A stretch of 64,000 nt of DNA from Faecousia sp. (GTDB taxonomy: Bacteria > Bacillota > Clostridia > Oscillospirales > Oscillospiraceae): contig JAZRIT010000062.1 of NCBI GenBank assembly GCA_045645385.1, forward strand, positions 25,088 to 89,087, in the 5' to 3' direction. Positions 1-9,872 of the stretch are shown in pieces. Below the pieces are notes generated by a model. That model did no database searches. It was not told the DNA's origin and worked only from the letters and a program-made list of their open reading frames with translations. A program made the position numbers and the translations under genes. Positions within the stretch are counted from its first letter, which is position 1, and each line of letters starts with the position of its first letter.

Positions 1-521
1 GTCTGGGCATAGGCCTCCGGGGCTTCACACATAATCTGCATCACCTTGGGCATCAGCCACTCGGAGGAGATGGCATCGTATTTCCGCAAAAATGCCTCGT
101 TCCGCGCCTTTGCCAAAGCGTTAATTTGATCCGCATAGGGCTGGGCAGCATGGTGCTTCCACATTTTTACATAGGCGTGGGGATTTTTTGCAAAACCCGG
201 CACCTGGGAAATGGGTGTGCCGTCTTTTTTGATGGGCAGGATGGAACAGGCAGTGAAATCCACACCGATGCCGATGATATTCTCTGCCGCCACGCCGCTT
301 TTGGCCACAGCCGCTTTCACGCATTCGATCATACTTTGCTTATAGTCGGCCGGATTCTGCAACGCCCAGCCTGCGCCCAAGGGCTTACCGTCCATTTCCT
401 CAATGACCCCGTGGGCATAGGGCGCGGCGCAGGACACAATTTCCCTGCCGTTTTCCACATCCACGATGATGGCTCTGGCGCTCAGGCTGCCGAAATCCAT
501 ACCCAAACTGTATTTGCCCAT
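1..521 (-). CDS. araB: Ribulokinase (FGGY carbohydrate kinase), 5' part; runs off the window edge
   Basis: Not in the ORF track. Manual translation from ATG at 521 (GGAGG RBS upstream) gives MGKYSLGMDFGSLSARAIIVDVENGREIVSCAAPYAHGV...ALQNPADY, the ribulokinase N-terminal pattern. Confidence 0.8.
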   Translation of the reverse strand, partial: MGKYSLGMDFGSLSARAIIVDVENGREIVSCAAPYAHGVIEEMDGKPLGAGWALQNPADYKQSMIECVKAAVAKSGVAAENIIGIGVDFTACSILPIKKDGTPISQVPGFAKNPHAYVKMWKHHAAQPYADQINALAKARNEAFLRKYDAISSEWLMPKVMQIMCEAPEAYAQ

Positions 522-624
522 AGTTACCTCCTGCTGATTTTTTCTTTTATTATAGCCTAGAAAGGCGGCGGGAGCAATGATAAACGGTAAATAATTTTCA
601 ATTTTCCATTTTCAACTTTCAATT

Positions 625-652
625 AAAAAGACCTGCCGGGTGGCAGGTCTTT
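625..652 (-). terminator. Intrinsic terminator after aspS
   Basis: Inverted repeat AAAGACCTGCC-GGGT-GGCAGGTCTTT with a U-tract on the minus strand. Confidence 0.75.
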
Positions 653-656
653 GGGG

Positions 657-2435
657 TTATTGCAGGTGGGATTCGTTGATGAGGATATGCACATCGTCCA
701 GCTGCTTCTGGGAAACAGCGGTGGGCGCGTCCATCATCACATCCTGAGCGCTTTTGTTCATGGGGAAGGTGATGACCTCGCGGATAGACTCCTCGCCGCA
801 CAGCAGCATCACGATCCGGTCGATGCCGGGAGCTGCGCCAGCGTGGGGAGGCGCGCCATAGGTAAAGGCGTTGTACATAGCCGGGAATTTGGCCTTCACA
901 TCCTCTTCGCCCAAGCCAACCATCTGGAAGGCCTTAACCATGATCTCGGGATCGTGGTTACGGACAGCGCCGGAGGCGGATTCGTAGCCGTTAACAACCA
1001 AATCGTACTGATCGGCATTGATGGCCAGCAGCTTATCCACATCGCCCTCAGCCTCCAGCAGGGCATCCATACCGCCCTGGGGCATAGAGAAGGGGTTGTG
1101 ACAGAATTCCAATTCGCCGGACTCCTCACCCATCTCGTACATAGGGAAGTCCACGATCCAGCACATTGCATACTGCTCCTCGTCGAAGTGGCCGGGGATG
1201 TGCTTGCCCATCATGGTGCGGATAACACCGGCGGTCTTCTGGGCGGCGGTCTTTTTGCCGGCGGCCATACAGACGAAGCTGCCGGGCTTCAGGGAGAGCT
1301 TCTCGGTCAGTGCACCGGTGTAATCGGTCAAGAACTTGGAAACGCCGCCGGTGAGCTGGCCGTTTTCGTCCACCTTGATCCAGCAGGCCTTGTTGCCGGT
1401 CTGGACTTCCACATCGTTTAAGAGCTTATCGATCCACTTGCGGCCCTCGGTGAAGTTGTCAACAGCCACGGCCTTGACGGTTGCGTTCTGGAAAGGTCCG
1501 AACTCGCAGCCGGCGACCTCAGCGGTGATATCCTGCACCTCCAGGTCGATACGCAGGTCGGGCTTATCGGAGCCGTAGCGCTCCATAGCCTCATTGAAAG
1601 GAATATGCCGGAAGGGGGCGGGAGATACCCGCTCGTACTTGCCGAACTTGCAGAACACAGGGCGCAGGACCTCTTCCAGGGTGGTCAGCACATCGTTCTG
1701 GGTAGCGAAGGCCATTTCCATATCCAGCTGATAGAATTCGCCGGGGGTACGGTCCGCCCGGGCATCCTCGTCCCGGAAGCAGGGGGCGATCTGGAAATAC
1801 CGGTCAAAGCCGGAGGTCATCAGCAGCTGCTTGAACTGCTGGGGTGCCTGGGGCAGAGCGTAGAACTTGCCGGGGTGGTTACGGGCAGGCACCAGATAGT
1901 CACGGGCGCCCTCAGGGGAGGAAGCGGTCAAAATGGGAGTGGTGATCTCTAAGAAATTCTTCTCGGTCATCAGCTTGCGGATCTCGGCAACCACCTGGCA
2001 GCGCAGGATGATATTTTGCTTGACGGCGGGATTCCGCAGATCCAGATAGCGATATTTCAGACGGACATTCTCGTCGGCGTCCTTGCTCTTGTTGATCTCA
2101 AAGGGCAGGGAGTTGTGGACACACTTGCCCAGCACCTTGATGGCAGTCGGCACCACCTCGATCTCGCCGGTGGCCTGCTTGGGGTTCTTGCTCTCCCGCT
2201 CCCGGACAGTGCCGGTGACGGAGATGGTAGTCTCTTTATTCAGGCCCTTGATGGAGAGCATCATTTCCTCGGTCTCGATGACCACCTGGGTAGTGCCGTA
2301 AAAGTCGCGAAGCACCACAAAAGCAAAGTTGGCGCCCACCTCACGGACATTCTCCATCCAGCCAACCAAGGTGACGGCCTTTCCCGCATCGGCCAGCCGA
2401 AGCTCGCCGCAATTATGTGTTCTGGATTGCATCAT
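657..2435 (-). CDS. aspS: Aspartate--tRNA ligase
   Basis: RTHNCGELR N-terminus, PEGARDYLVP, YALPQAPQQFKQLLM, CFRDED, GAPPHAG..GIDR class IIb motifs. Confidence 0.97.
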   Translation of the reverse strand: MMQSRTHNCGELRLADAGKAVTLVGWMENVREVGANFAFVVLRDFYGTTQVVIETEEMMLSIKGLNKETTISVTGTVRERESKNPKQATGEIEVVPTAIKVLGKCVHNSLPFEINKSKDADENVRLKYRYLDLRNPAVKQNIILRCQVVAEIRKLMTEKNFLEITTPILTASSPEGARDYLVPARNHPGKFYALPQAPQQFKQLLMTSGFDRYFQIAPCFRDEDARADRTPGEFYQLDMEMAFATQNDVLTTLEEVLRPVFCKFGKYERVSPAPFRHIPFNEAMERYGSDKPDLRIDLEVQDITAEVAGCEFGPFQNATVKAVAVDNFTEGRKWIDKLLNDVEVQTGNKACWIKVDENGQLTGGVSKFLTDYTGALTEKLSLKPGSFVCMAAGKKTAAQKTAGVIRTMMGKHIPGHFDEEQYAMCWIVDFPMYEMGEESGELEFCHNPFSMPQGGMDALLEAEGDVDKLLAINADQYDLVVNGYESASGAVRNHDPEIMVKAFQMVGLGEEDVKAKFPAMYNAFTYGAPPHAGAAPGIDRIVMLLCGEESIREVITFPMNKSAQDVMMDAPTAVSQKQLDDVHILINESHLQ

Positions 2436-2703
2436 TTGGATAATCCCCTTATCGGTAAATTTGATTGCTCTATTTTCTCACAAAAGTGGAAAAATGTCAA
2501 TCATCTGTTGTATTTTGCAGGGATTTGCCGCTGACCCCGTCCGCATTTTTCACAAATTTAAACGCAGGCGGGCATTTTTTATGTGAATACTATGAAAAGT
2601 TGATTTTTTTACAAGATTTTCATTGATTTTACGGCAGTTTTATCATACAATGGTTGTTGCGTGCCGGGGTCTGCCCGGAAAGTACAAAACCGGGGTGAAA
2701 AAG

Positions 2704-3186
2704 ATGCTGAACATTGTGCTGGTAGAGCCGGAAATTCCGCAGAACTGCGGCAATATCGCCCGTACCTGCGCCGCCACCGGCTGCAATCTCCACCTGATCC
2801 GCCCCTTAGGCTTTGACATCTCGGAAAAGGCCGTCAAGCGGGCCGGTTTGGATTACTGGAATTTGGTGAATGTCCAGGATTATGTAAACCTCGACGATTT
2901 CTTCTCCAAAAACGATGTGCGCCAGATGTGGTGCCTGTCCACCAAAGCCCCCCAGTGCTACACCGAGGCCAATTTCCAGGACGGCTGCTACCTGTTCTTC
3001 GGCAAAGAGACTAAGGGGCTGCCGGAGGATTTTCTGGAGGCCCACCGGGAAAGCTGCGTCCGCATCCCTATGCGCCCGGAGGCCCGGAGTTTGAATTTGA
3101 GCAACGCGGTGGCCATCACCGTGTTTGAAGCCCTGCGGCAGCTGGATTTCCCTAACCTGCAGGATTTCGGTAAAATGAAATTGTAA
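2704..3186 (+). CDS. trmL: tRNA (cytidine(34)-2'-O)-methyltransferase
   Basis: [51 protein letters not shown] motifs. Start moved to ATG 2704. Confidence 0.95.
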   Translation: MLNIVLVEPEIPQNCGNIARTCAATGCNLHLIRPLGFDISEKAVKRAGLDYWNLVNVQDYVNLDDFFSKNDVRQMWCLSTKAPQCYTEANFQDGCYLFFGKETKGLPEDFLEAHRESCVRIPMRPEARSLNLSNAVAITVFEALRQLDFPNLQDFGKMKL

Positions 3187-3206
3187 ACAACTCTCCTGTT
3201 TTTGCA

Positions 3207-3247
3207 GGAGATTGCCACACCAGTCCGCGGACTGGTTCGCAATGACA
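3207..3247. repeat. TGTCATTGCGA...GCAATCTCC palindromic REP-like element
   Basis: GGAGATTGCCACACCAGTCCGCGGACTGGTTCGCAATGACA; related copies at 20218, 37919, 45536 and 47147. Confidence 0.75.
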
Positions 3248-3268
3248 AAATGTAATGGAGGAATCACT

Positions 3269-4468
3269 ATGAACTACAACAAGAAGTCCATCGAGGACAT
3301 CGAAGTAGCCGGCAAGCGGGTTCTGTGCCGCTGCGACTTCAATGTCCCCACCAAGGATGGCAAGATCACTTCCGACAAGCGGATCGTGGCTGCCATGCCC
3401 ACCATCGAGTATCTGGTCAAGAAGGGTGCTAAGGTCATCCTGTGCTCCCACATGGGCAAGCCCAAGGGCGAGTGGAAGCCGGAGCTGAGCCTGAAGATCG
3501 TCGCTGACCGCCTGAGCCAACTGCTGGGGAAACCGGTCATTATGGCTTCTGATGTGGTCGGTGAGGATGCCAAGGCGAAGGCTGCTGCCCTCAAGGAAGG
3601 CGACGTGATGCTGCTGGAGAACACCCGTTACATGAAGGGTGAGACCAAGAATGACCCCGAGCTGAGTAAGGAACTGGCCTCCATGGCTGACATCTTTGTA
3701 AACGATGCTTTCGGCGCTGCGCACCGCGCCCACTCCTCTACCGCCGGCGCTGCTGACTATCTGCCCGCCGTTTCCGGTTATCTGGTGCAGAAGGAAGTTT
3801 CCATCATGGGTAAGGCTCTGGCCAACCCCGAGCGTCCCTTCGTGGCCATCTTGGGCGGCGCCAAGGTCTCCGACAAGCTGAATGTTATCAACAATCTGCT
3901 GGAAAAGGTGGACACCCTCATCATCGGCGGCGGTATGGCTTACACCTTCCTGGCTGCTCAGGGCTACACCGTTGGCAAAAGCCTGGTTGACAACGAAAAG
4001 TTAGACTACTGCAAGGAAATGATGGCCAAGGCCCAGGCCAAGGGCGTTAAGCTGCTGCTGCCTGTGGACACCGCTGTTGCCGCTTCCTTCCCCAACCCCA
4101 TCGACGCTGAGATCCCCGTGGAGTATGTTGACTGCACCGCGATCCCCGCTGACCAGATGGGCCTGGACATCGGTCCCAAGGCCTGCGCTGAATTTGCTGC
4201 TGCTGCCAAGGCTGCCAAGACCGTTGTTTGGAATGGCCCTATGGGCGTGTTCGAAAACCCCACTTTGGCAAAGGGCACTATCGCCGTTGCACAGGCGCTG
4301 GCTGATTCCGATGCCGTGACCATCGTTGGCGGCGGCGACTCCGCAGCAGCCTGCGAGCAGCTGGGCTTCGCATCCCAGATCACCCACATCTCCACCGGCG
4401 GCGGCGCTTCCCTGGAATTCCTGGAAGGCTTAGAGCTCCCCGGTATTGCTTGTCTGCAGGATAAATAA
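3269..4468 (+). CDS. pgk: Phosphoglycerate kinase
   Basis: [50 protein letters not shown]; GGAGG RBS before ATG 3269. Confidence 0.98.
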   Translation: MNYNKKSIEDIEVAGKRVLCRCDFNVPTKDGKITSDKRIVAAMPTIEYLVKKGAKVILCSHMGKPKGEWKPELSLKIVADRLSQLLGKPVIMASDVVGEDAKAKAAALKEGDVMLLENTRYMKGETKNDPELSKELASMADIFVNDAFGAAHRAHSSTAGAADYLPAVSGYLVQKEVSIMGKALANPERPFVAILGGAKVSDKLNVINNLLEKVDTLIIGGGMAYTFLAAQGYTVGKSLVDNEKLDYCKEMMAKAQAKGVKLLLPVDTAVAASFPNPIDAEIPVEYVDCTAIPADQMGLDIGPKACAEFAAAAKAAKTVVWNGPMGVFENPTLAKGTIAVAQALADSDAVTIVGGGDSAAACEQLGFASQITHISTGGGASLEFLEGLELPGIACLQDK

Positions 4469-4489
4469 TTTCACCTGTGCTTAACTGCC

Positions 4490-4569
4490 GCAGGGGTCGA
4501 TGCCCACATCGACCCCTCGGTAACACAAATCCCTCCGCATACGGGTCGATGTGGGCATCGACCCCTACA
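4490..4569. repeat. REPIN-like inverted pair of GTAG-type REPs
   Basis: GCAGGGGTCGATGCCCACATCGACCC ... GGGTCGATGTGGGCATCGACCCCTAC; each arm is itself a hairpin. Confidence 0.75.
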
Positions 4570-4626
4570 ACATAATAACTTAGAAAATACACATCGTTTA
4601 CGATGCGAATATAAGGAGAAAAGAAA

Positions 4627-5406
4627 ATGAACAGAAAGTACCGTAAGACCGTCATTGCCGGCAACTGGAAAATGAACAAGACCCCCTCCCAGACCAAGGA
4701 GTTTATGAATGAGCTGAAAGCAATTATGCCCAAGGGTCGTTGGTGTGATGTGGCACTGTGCGTGCCTGCTGTGTGCATCCCTGCCGCTGTCCGCGCTGTC
4801 CGCGAGACCCGCATTGGCATCGGTGCCGAGAACTGCCACTTTGAGGCAAAGGGCGCCTTCACCGGCGAGCTATCCACTGAGATGCTGGTGGATGCCGGCT
4901 GTAAGTATGTCATCATCGGCCACTCCGAGCGCCGCGAGATGTTCGGCGAGACCGATGCTACCGTCAACGCTAAGGTCCTGGCTGCGCTGGAAGCCGGTCT
5001 GACCCCCATTATGTGCTGCGGCGAGACCCTGGAGCAGCGCCAGAACGGCGTGACCGCCGAGCACATCGCTATGCAGATCAAGCTGGGTCTGAAGGATGTT
5101 CCCGAGGATAAGATCCGCAAGGTCGTCATCGCCTACGAGCCTATCTGGGCCATCGGCACCGGCCTGACCGCCACTCCCGAGCAGGCACAGGAGGTCTGCG
5201 AGAGCATTCGTACCGTGGTCCGCAAGCTGTACTCCTCCAAGAATGCCCGCGCCATCTCCATTCTCTACGGCGGCAGTATGAACGAGAAGAACGCCTACGA
5301 GCTGCTGGCCCAGCCCGATATCGACGGCGGCCTGATTGGCGGCGCTTCCCTGGTTCCCGAGAAGTTCGTCCAGATCATCGAAGCTGCAAATCAACCGACC
5401 CTCTAA
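4627..5406 (+). CDS. tpiA: Triosephosphate isomerase
   Basis: IAGNWKMNK, IGHSERR, IAYEPIWAIGTG, LYGGS, DGGLIGGASL. Confidence 0.98.
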   Translation: MNRKYRKTVIAGNWKMNKTPSQTKEFMNELKAIMPKGRWCDVALCVPAVCIPAAVRAVRETRIGIGAENCHFEAKGAFTGELSTEMLVDAGCKYVIIGHSERREMFGETDATVNAKVLAALEAGLTPIMCCGETLEQRQNGVTAEHIAMQIKLGLKDVPEDKIRKVVIAYEPIWAIGTGLTATPEQAQEVCESIRTVVRKLYSSKNARAISILYGGSMNEKNAYELLAQPDIDGGLIGGASLVPEKFVQIIEAANQPTL

Positions 5407-5420
5407 TTACAATTTATCTG

Positions 5421-5449
5421 TTGGGCAGTTGCTTTTGGCAACTGCCCAA
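5421..5449 (+). terminator. Hairpin, probable terminator after tpiA
   Basis: TTGGGCAGTTGC-TTTTG-GCAACTGCCCAA. Confidence 0.6.
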
Positions 5450-5585
5450 TAACATTTGCTGCAACGGAATTAAAAATTAAAAGTTGAAAATTAAAAATGA
5501 TTGTATTTCCTGCGGAAATATATTAAAATAAGTCTGCAAAGCAGACTCCTTAATTTTTAATTATTTTCACCCACGGAGGTATTCT

Positions 5586-7211
5586 ATGAAAACTTTATAT
5601 TTACCTGCCGAGGGTGCCCAAACACCGGCTATTGCGGCGGAAATCATCAAAAACGGTCAGCTGGTGGCCATTCCCACAGAGACGGTGTACGGCTTGGGCG
5701 CGAACGGACTGAATCCCGATGCGGTTGCCAAGATTTTCATTGCCAAGGGCCGCCCCCAGGATAACCCGCTGATTCTGCACATCGCAGATGCCAGGGATAT
5801 GGAAAAATTCTGCCACAGCATCCCGGCGGTTGCCTATACCTTAGCAGAAAAATTCTGGCCCGGCCCGCTGACTATGGTGCTGCCGGCCAAGGATATCGTT
5901 CCCAAATGCACCACCGCAAATCTGCCCACAGTGGCCGTCCGGTGTCCGGACAATGCTGTGACCCGGGAAATTATCCGGCTGGCCGGCGTGCCTATCGCCG
6001 CACCCTCTGCCAACATTTCCGGCAAGCCCTCCACCACCACTGCCCAGCATGTGCTCCACGATCACGATGGCCGGATTGCTGCCATCGTGGACGGCGGAGC
6101 TTGCCGGGTTGGCGTGGAATCCACCATTATCGACTTAAGTGACGACCACCCCCGGCTGCTACGGCCCGGCGGCATTACCGCCCAGCAGCTTGCTGAGGTG
6201 GTTGGCGACCTGGTCATCGACAAGGCCATCACCGAATCCGTTGCCCAGGATGCGGTGGTCAAAGCGCCGGGTATGAAGTACCGGCACTATGCCCCGGCGT
6301 GTGAGGTGCTGGTGGTCACCGGCTCCAAGGAGGCGGCGGCCAAGTACATAGAGAAGCATTTTAAGCCCGGCAACCGGGTGCTGTGCTTTGAAGAAGAACT
6401 GGATATTTTCGCGCCCTTCAATCCCCTGGCCTACGGCAAGGAAGCCGATGTGGATTCTCTGATGGCAGGGCTGTTTGCCGCGCTGCGGGAGCTGGATGAC
6501 CCGACCATCGGCACTGTCTTTGCCCGCCAGCCCCGTGGTTACGACAAGGCTTTGGCGGTACAAAACCGGCTTTGGAAAGCCGCCGGCTTCCACATTGTGG
6601 ACGCTGAGCCCCGGGGGATGGTCATCGGCATTACCGGCGGCACCGGCTGCGGCAAGACCACCGCTTTGCGTACCATTGAGGCAGATTTTAACGGTCTGGT
6701 TATGGACTGCGACCGCATTTATTATGAGCTGTTGATGCAGGACAAAGCCCTGTTGGAGGCCATTGAAAACCGCTTCCCCGGCTGTGTGGAAGACAATAAA
6801 TTAAATCGCAAAAGGCTTGCCGGCATCGTATTTTCCGACCCCAAGGCATTGGCCGATCTGAATGCCATTACCCACGGCGCGGTCAAAAAGGAAGTACTGC
6901 GGCGGCTAAAGCACGCCCCCGGCGGCGTGCCCATCGCCATTGATGCCATTGAGCTGTTCGACGGCGGTCTGGGCGAGCTTTGCGATGTGACTGTGGCAAT
7001 TACCGCCCCCGAGGAAGACCGCATCGCCCGGCTGATGACCCGGGACGGCATTACCAGAGAGCAAGCAATCGCCCGGATCCGCGCCCAAAAGCCGGAAAGC
7101 TATTTCCGTGAAAAATGCGATTATGTTCTGGAAAATACCGGAACTCCGGCAGATTTCCAAAGAAAGTGCCTTGCCTTTTTTCAAAATCTGTCTATAATAA
7201 AGGAAGACTGA
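5586..7211 (+). CDS. Fusion: Sua5-type threonylcarbamoyl-AMP synthase + dephospho-CoA kinase (CoaE)
   Basis: N-terminal PTETVYGL, KGRPQDNPLILH, APSANISG, APGMKYRHYAP (Sua5). From about aa 345: VIGITGGTGCGKTT, DCD, LNRKRLAGIVF, LNAITH, RLMTRDG (CoaE). No stop between the domains. Confidence 0.9.
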   Translation: MKTLYLPAEGAQTPAIAAEIIKNGQLVAIPTETVYGLGANGLNPDAVAKIFIAKGRPQDNPLILHIADARDMEKFCHSIPAVAYTLAEKFWPGPLTMVLPAKDIVPKCTTANLPTVAVRCPDNAVTREIIRLAGVPIAAPSANISGKPSTTTAQHVLHDHDGRIAAIVDGGACRVGVESTIIDLSDDHPRLLRPGGITAQQLAEVVGDLVIDKAITESVAQDAVVKAPGMKYRHYAPACEVLVVTGSKEAAAKYIEKHFKPGNRVLCFEEELDIFAPFNPLAYGKEADVDSLMAGLFAALRELDDPTIGTVFARQPRGYDKALAVQNRLWKAAGFHIVDAEPRGMVIGITGGTGCGKTTALRTIEADFNGLVMDCDRIYYELLMQDKALLEAIENRFPGCVEDNKLNRKRLAGIVFSDPKALADLNAITHGAVKKEVLRRLKHAPGGVPIAIDAIELFDGGLGELCDVTVAITAPEEDRIARLMTRDGITREQAIARIRAQKPESYFREKCDYVLENTGTPADFQRKCLAFFQNLSIIKED

Positions 7212-7229
7212 CTTGATAAGGAGATTTTT

Positions 7230-8606
7230 ATGGAAGAATTCAAAAATCTATTCAATAAATCCGAAAACGGCTACGCAAAGTTGAGTGCAGAGCAGCGGGC
7301 CGATATGGAAGCCTATTGCAAGCGCTACAGCGCATTTATGGATGCCTGCAAGACCGAGCGGGAGGCTACCGCCTGGGCCGTGTCCGCCGCTATGGCCCAG
7401 GGCTTTAAGCCCCTGCTTCCCGGTATGACTTTGAACCCCGGCGATAAAATTTTCTACAACAACCGCAACAAGAGTATCATCTTGGCTGTGATCGGTCAGC
7501 AGAGTCTTGCCCAGGGCGCCAACATCTGCGCCAGCCACATCGACTCCCCCCGTCTGGATCTGAAGCCCAATCCCCTGTACGAGGATGCAGAGATCGCCTA
7601 TTTCAAGACCCATTACTACGGCGGCGTGAAGAAGTACCAGTGGGCCACCATTCCTCTGGCCATCCACGGCGTTGTTTACCGGGCTGACGGCAAGACGGTC
7701 ACCGTTACCGTGGGTGAGGATGACACCGATCCGGTGCTGTATGTTTCCGATCTGCTGCCCCACCTGGCTGCCGACCAGATGCAGAAGCCTGCCGCCAAGG
7801 TCATTGAGGGCGAGCAAATGAATGTGATCTTAGGCTCTGAGCCGCTGGCCGGTGAGGAAGGCGACACCGTCAAGCTGCATATTCTCAAGCTCTTAAACGA
7901 AAAATACGGCATCACCGAGGCGGATTTCCTGTCTGCCGAGCTGACCGTGGTGCCTGCCGGCAAGTGCCGGGAGGTGGGTCTGGACCGGAGCCTTTTGGGC
8001 GCCTACGGTCACGATGACCGGGTCTGCGCCTATGCCCAGCTGGAGTCTCTTTTCAATGTGGGCATCCCCAGACACACCGCCGTTTGCATCCTGGCCGACA
8101 AGGAAGAGATCGGTTCTGTAGGCGTCACCGGTATGCAGAGCCACGCCTTTGAGTACTTTATGGAGACCCTGTGCGACATCCAGGGCGTGAAGCTCCGTGA
8201 GTGCTTCGCCCATTCCTTCTGCCTGTCTGCCGATGTGTGCAACGCCTTTGACCCCAACTTCCCCGAGGTCTCCGACCGGCGGAACAACGGCCGTATTAAC
8301 TACGGCGTAGCCATCTGCAAGTATACCGGCTCCCGGGGCAAGGCCGGCGCATCCGACGCCTCCGCTGAGGCTATGGGCCACATCCGTTCCACTCTGGACG
8401 GTGCCAATGTCCAGTGGCAGATCGCCACACTGGGCAAGGTGGACCAGGGCGGCGGCGGCACGGTAGCTGCCTATATGGCCAACCGCAACATCGTCACCGT
8501 GGACGCAGGCGTACCGGTTGTTTCCATGCACGCACCCATTGAGGTGGTCAGCAAGTTCGACTGCTATATGACGATGCTGGCCTGCAAGGCGATTTACCTG
8601 GCATAA
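7230..8606 (+). CDS. M18 family aminopeptidase
   Basis: SHIDSPRLDLKPNP, HYYGGVKKYQW, GHDDR, DKEEIGS, SMHAP. Confidence 0.92.
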   Translation: MEEFKNLFNKSENGYAKLSAEQRADMEAYCKRYSAFMDACKTEREATAWAVSAAMAQGFKPLLPGMTLNPGDKIFYNNRNKSIILAVIGQQSLAQGANICASHIDSPRLDLKPNPLYEDAEIAYFKTHYYGGVKKYQWATIPLAIHGVVYRADGKTVTVTVGEDDTDPVLYVSDLLPHLAADQMQKPAAKVIEGEQMNVILGSEPLAGEEGDTVKLHILKLLNEKYGITEADFLSAELTVVPAGKCREVGLDRSLLGAYGHDDRVCAYAQLESLFNVGIPRHTAVCILADKEEIGSVGVTGMQSHAFEYFMETLCDIQGVKLRECFAHSFCLSADVCNAFDPNFPEVSDRRNNGRINYGVAICKYTGSRGKAGASDASAEAMGHIRSTLDGANVQWQIATLGKVDQGGGGTVAAYMANRNIVTVDAGVPVVSMHAPIEVVSKFDCYMTMLACKAIYLA

Positions 8607-8616
8607 TTCAAAATAC

Positions 8617-8650
8617 AGGGCGGTAAGTTTTACCGCCCCGTTTTTTTCTT
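8617..8650 (+). terminator. Intrinsic terminator
   Basis: GGGGCGGTAA-GTT-TTACCGCCCC followed by a T-tract. Confidence 0.8.
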
Positions 8651-8708
8651 GCATTGAAGGCAAAAAAATGCTATACTAATTTTATCTGTGAACGAAAGGA
8701 GCATACCT

Positions 8709-9860
8709 ATGCACCGATACTGGCAACGGCTGAAAGAGTCCATTCGCAAGGGCGACTGGGTACTGCTTCTGCTGTGTGTTATCACCACCGCCTTCGGCGT
8801 CCTCATCATTGCCAGCGCCACCAATTATCTGGATTCCTACCGCTACATCATTATGCAGATCGTAGGCGCGGTCATCGGCGTGGTGCTGTACGCGATGGTA
8901 TCCTCGGTGGATCTTGAATTTATCACAGAACGCCGTATGTATCTGGTGATCTTCAATTTTCTGTTCCTGTCCCTGCTGATCCCCTTTGGCCAGACCATCG
9001 GCGGCAACCGCAGCTGGGTCGCCCTGCCCGGTCTTCCCTTCAATATTCAGGTAGCGGAAATTTGTAAAATCACCTACATCCTGATTATGGCATCGGTTAT
9101 GACCACCTATAAAGAGCGCATTTCCTCCCCCAAGGCGGTCTTCCATATGGGCCTGCATTTAGGACTGCTGTTCGTGGCCAATATGGTACTGTCCAAGGAT
9201 ATGGGCGTTTCTCTGATCTTCGTGTTTATCTTTATCGTAATGGCCTTTACCGGCGGTGTCAGCTATCTTTGGTTTTTGGCCGGTATTGCCTTTGTGGCTG
9301 TGGCATTCCCCGTCCTTTGGCCTATGCTGGACGAATACCAGCAGCTGCGTATCGCCGTTATCTTTAACCCGGCGTTAGACCCCGACAAAACCGGCCCTCT
9401 GTGGCAATCCAGTCTTTCATTGCGGTCTCTCACCGGTGGCGGTATGACTGGACAGGGCCTGTTCAACGGCCACCGCACCCAAAATGTGCCCCTGCAGGGT
9501 CAGCATACGGACTTTATCTTTGCCACTGTGGGCGAGGAGCTGGGATTTGTGGGCTGCGCGGCGATTTTGCTTCTCATAGGTCTTATCGTTGCCCGGTGTA
9601 TCTGGGTGGGTACGCACAGTAAGGACTATACCCGGCGGCTGGTGTGCTTCGGCGCGGCAGCGGCTCTGATCTTCCAGACCATCATCAACATCGGTATGTG
9701 TACCGGCATAGGTCCTGTAATCGGTCTGACCCTGCCCTTTATCAGCTACGGCGCCACCTCTATCGTATCGCTGTATGCGATGTTGGGCCTGGTATCCGGC
9801 GTCCACGCCCGGCCTGCCCCCACCTCCCACGAACTGTATATTAGACCCCCTATGTACTAA
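8709..9860 (+). CDS. rodA: SEDS family peptidoglycan glycosyltransferase (RodA/FtsW)
   Basis: Multi-TM protein with GGNRSW, IQVAEICK, HTDFIFATVGEELGFVG, GLTLPFISYG. Confidence 0.8.
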   Translation: MHRYWQRLKESIRKGDWVLLLLCVITTAFGVLIIASATNYLDSYRYIIMQIVGAVIGVVLYAMVSSVDLEFITERRMYLVIFNFLFLSLLIPFGQTIGGNRSWVALPGLPFNIQVAEICKITYILIMASVMTTYKERISSPKAVFHMGLHLGLLFVANMVLSKDMGVSLIFVFIFIVMAFTGGVSYLWFLAGIAFVAVAFPVLWPMLDEYQQLRIAVIFNPALDPDKTGPLWQSSLSLRSLTGGGMTGQGLFNGHRTQNVPLQGQHTDFIFATVGEELGFVGCAAILLLIGLIVARCIWVGTHSKDYTRRLVCFGAAAALIFQTIINIGMCTGIGPVIGLTLPFISYGATSIVSLYAMLGLVSGVHARPAPTSHELYIRPPMY

Positions 9861-9872
9861 AGGAGACTGTAT

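Noticed and set aside
651-1421. Long antisense ORFs (e.g. 651..1421, 11382..12605, 57858..58736, 61156..62184)
   Set aside because: Shadow ORFs opposite well-supported genes, expected with GC-rich codon usage; no recognisable motifs.
2436-2703. T-box or riboswitch upstream of aspS
   Set aside because: No T-box motif or terminator/antiterminator seen; the region looks like divergent promoters only.
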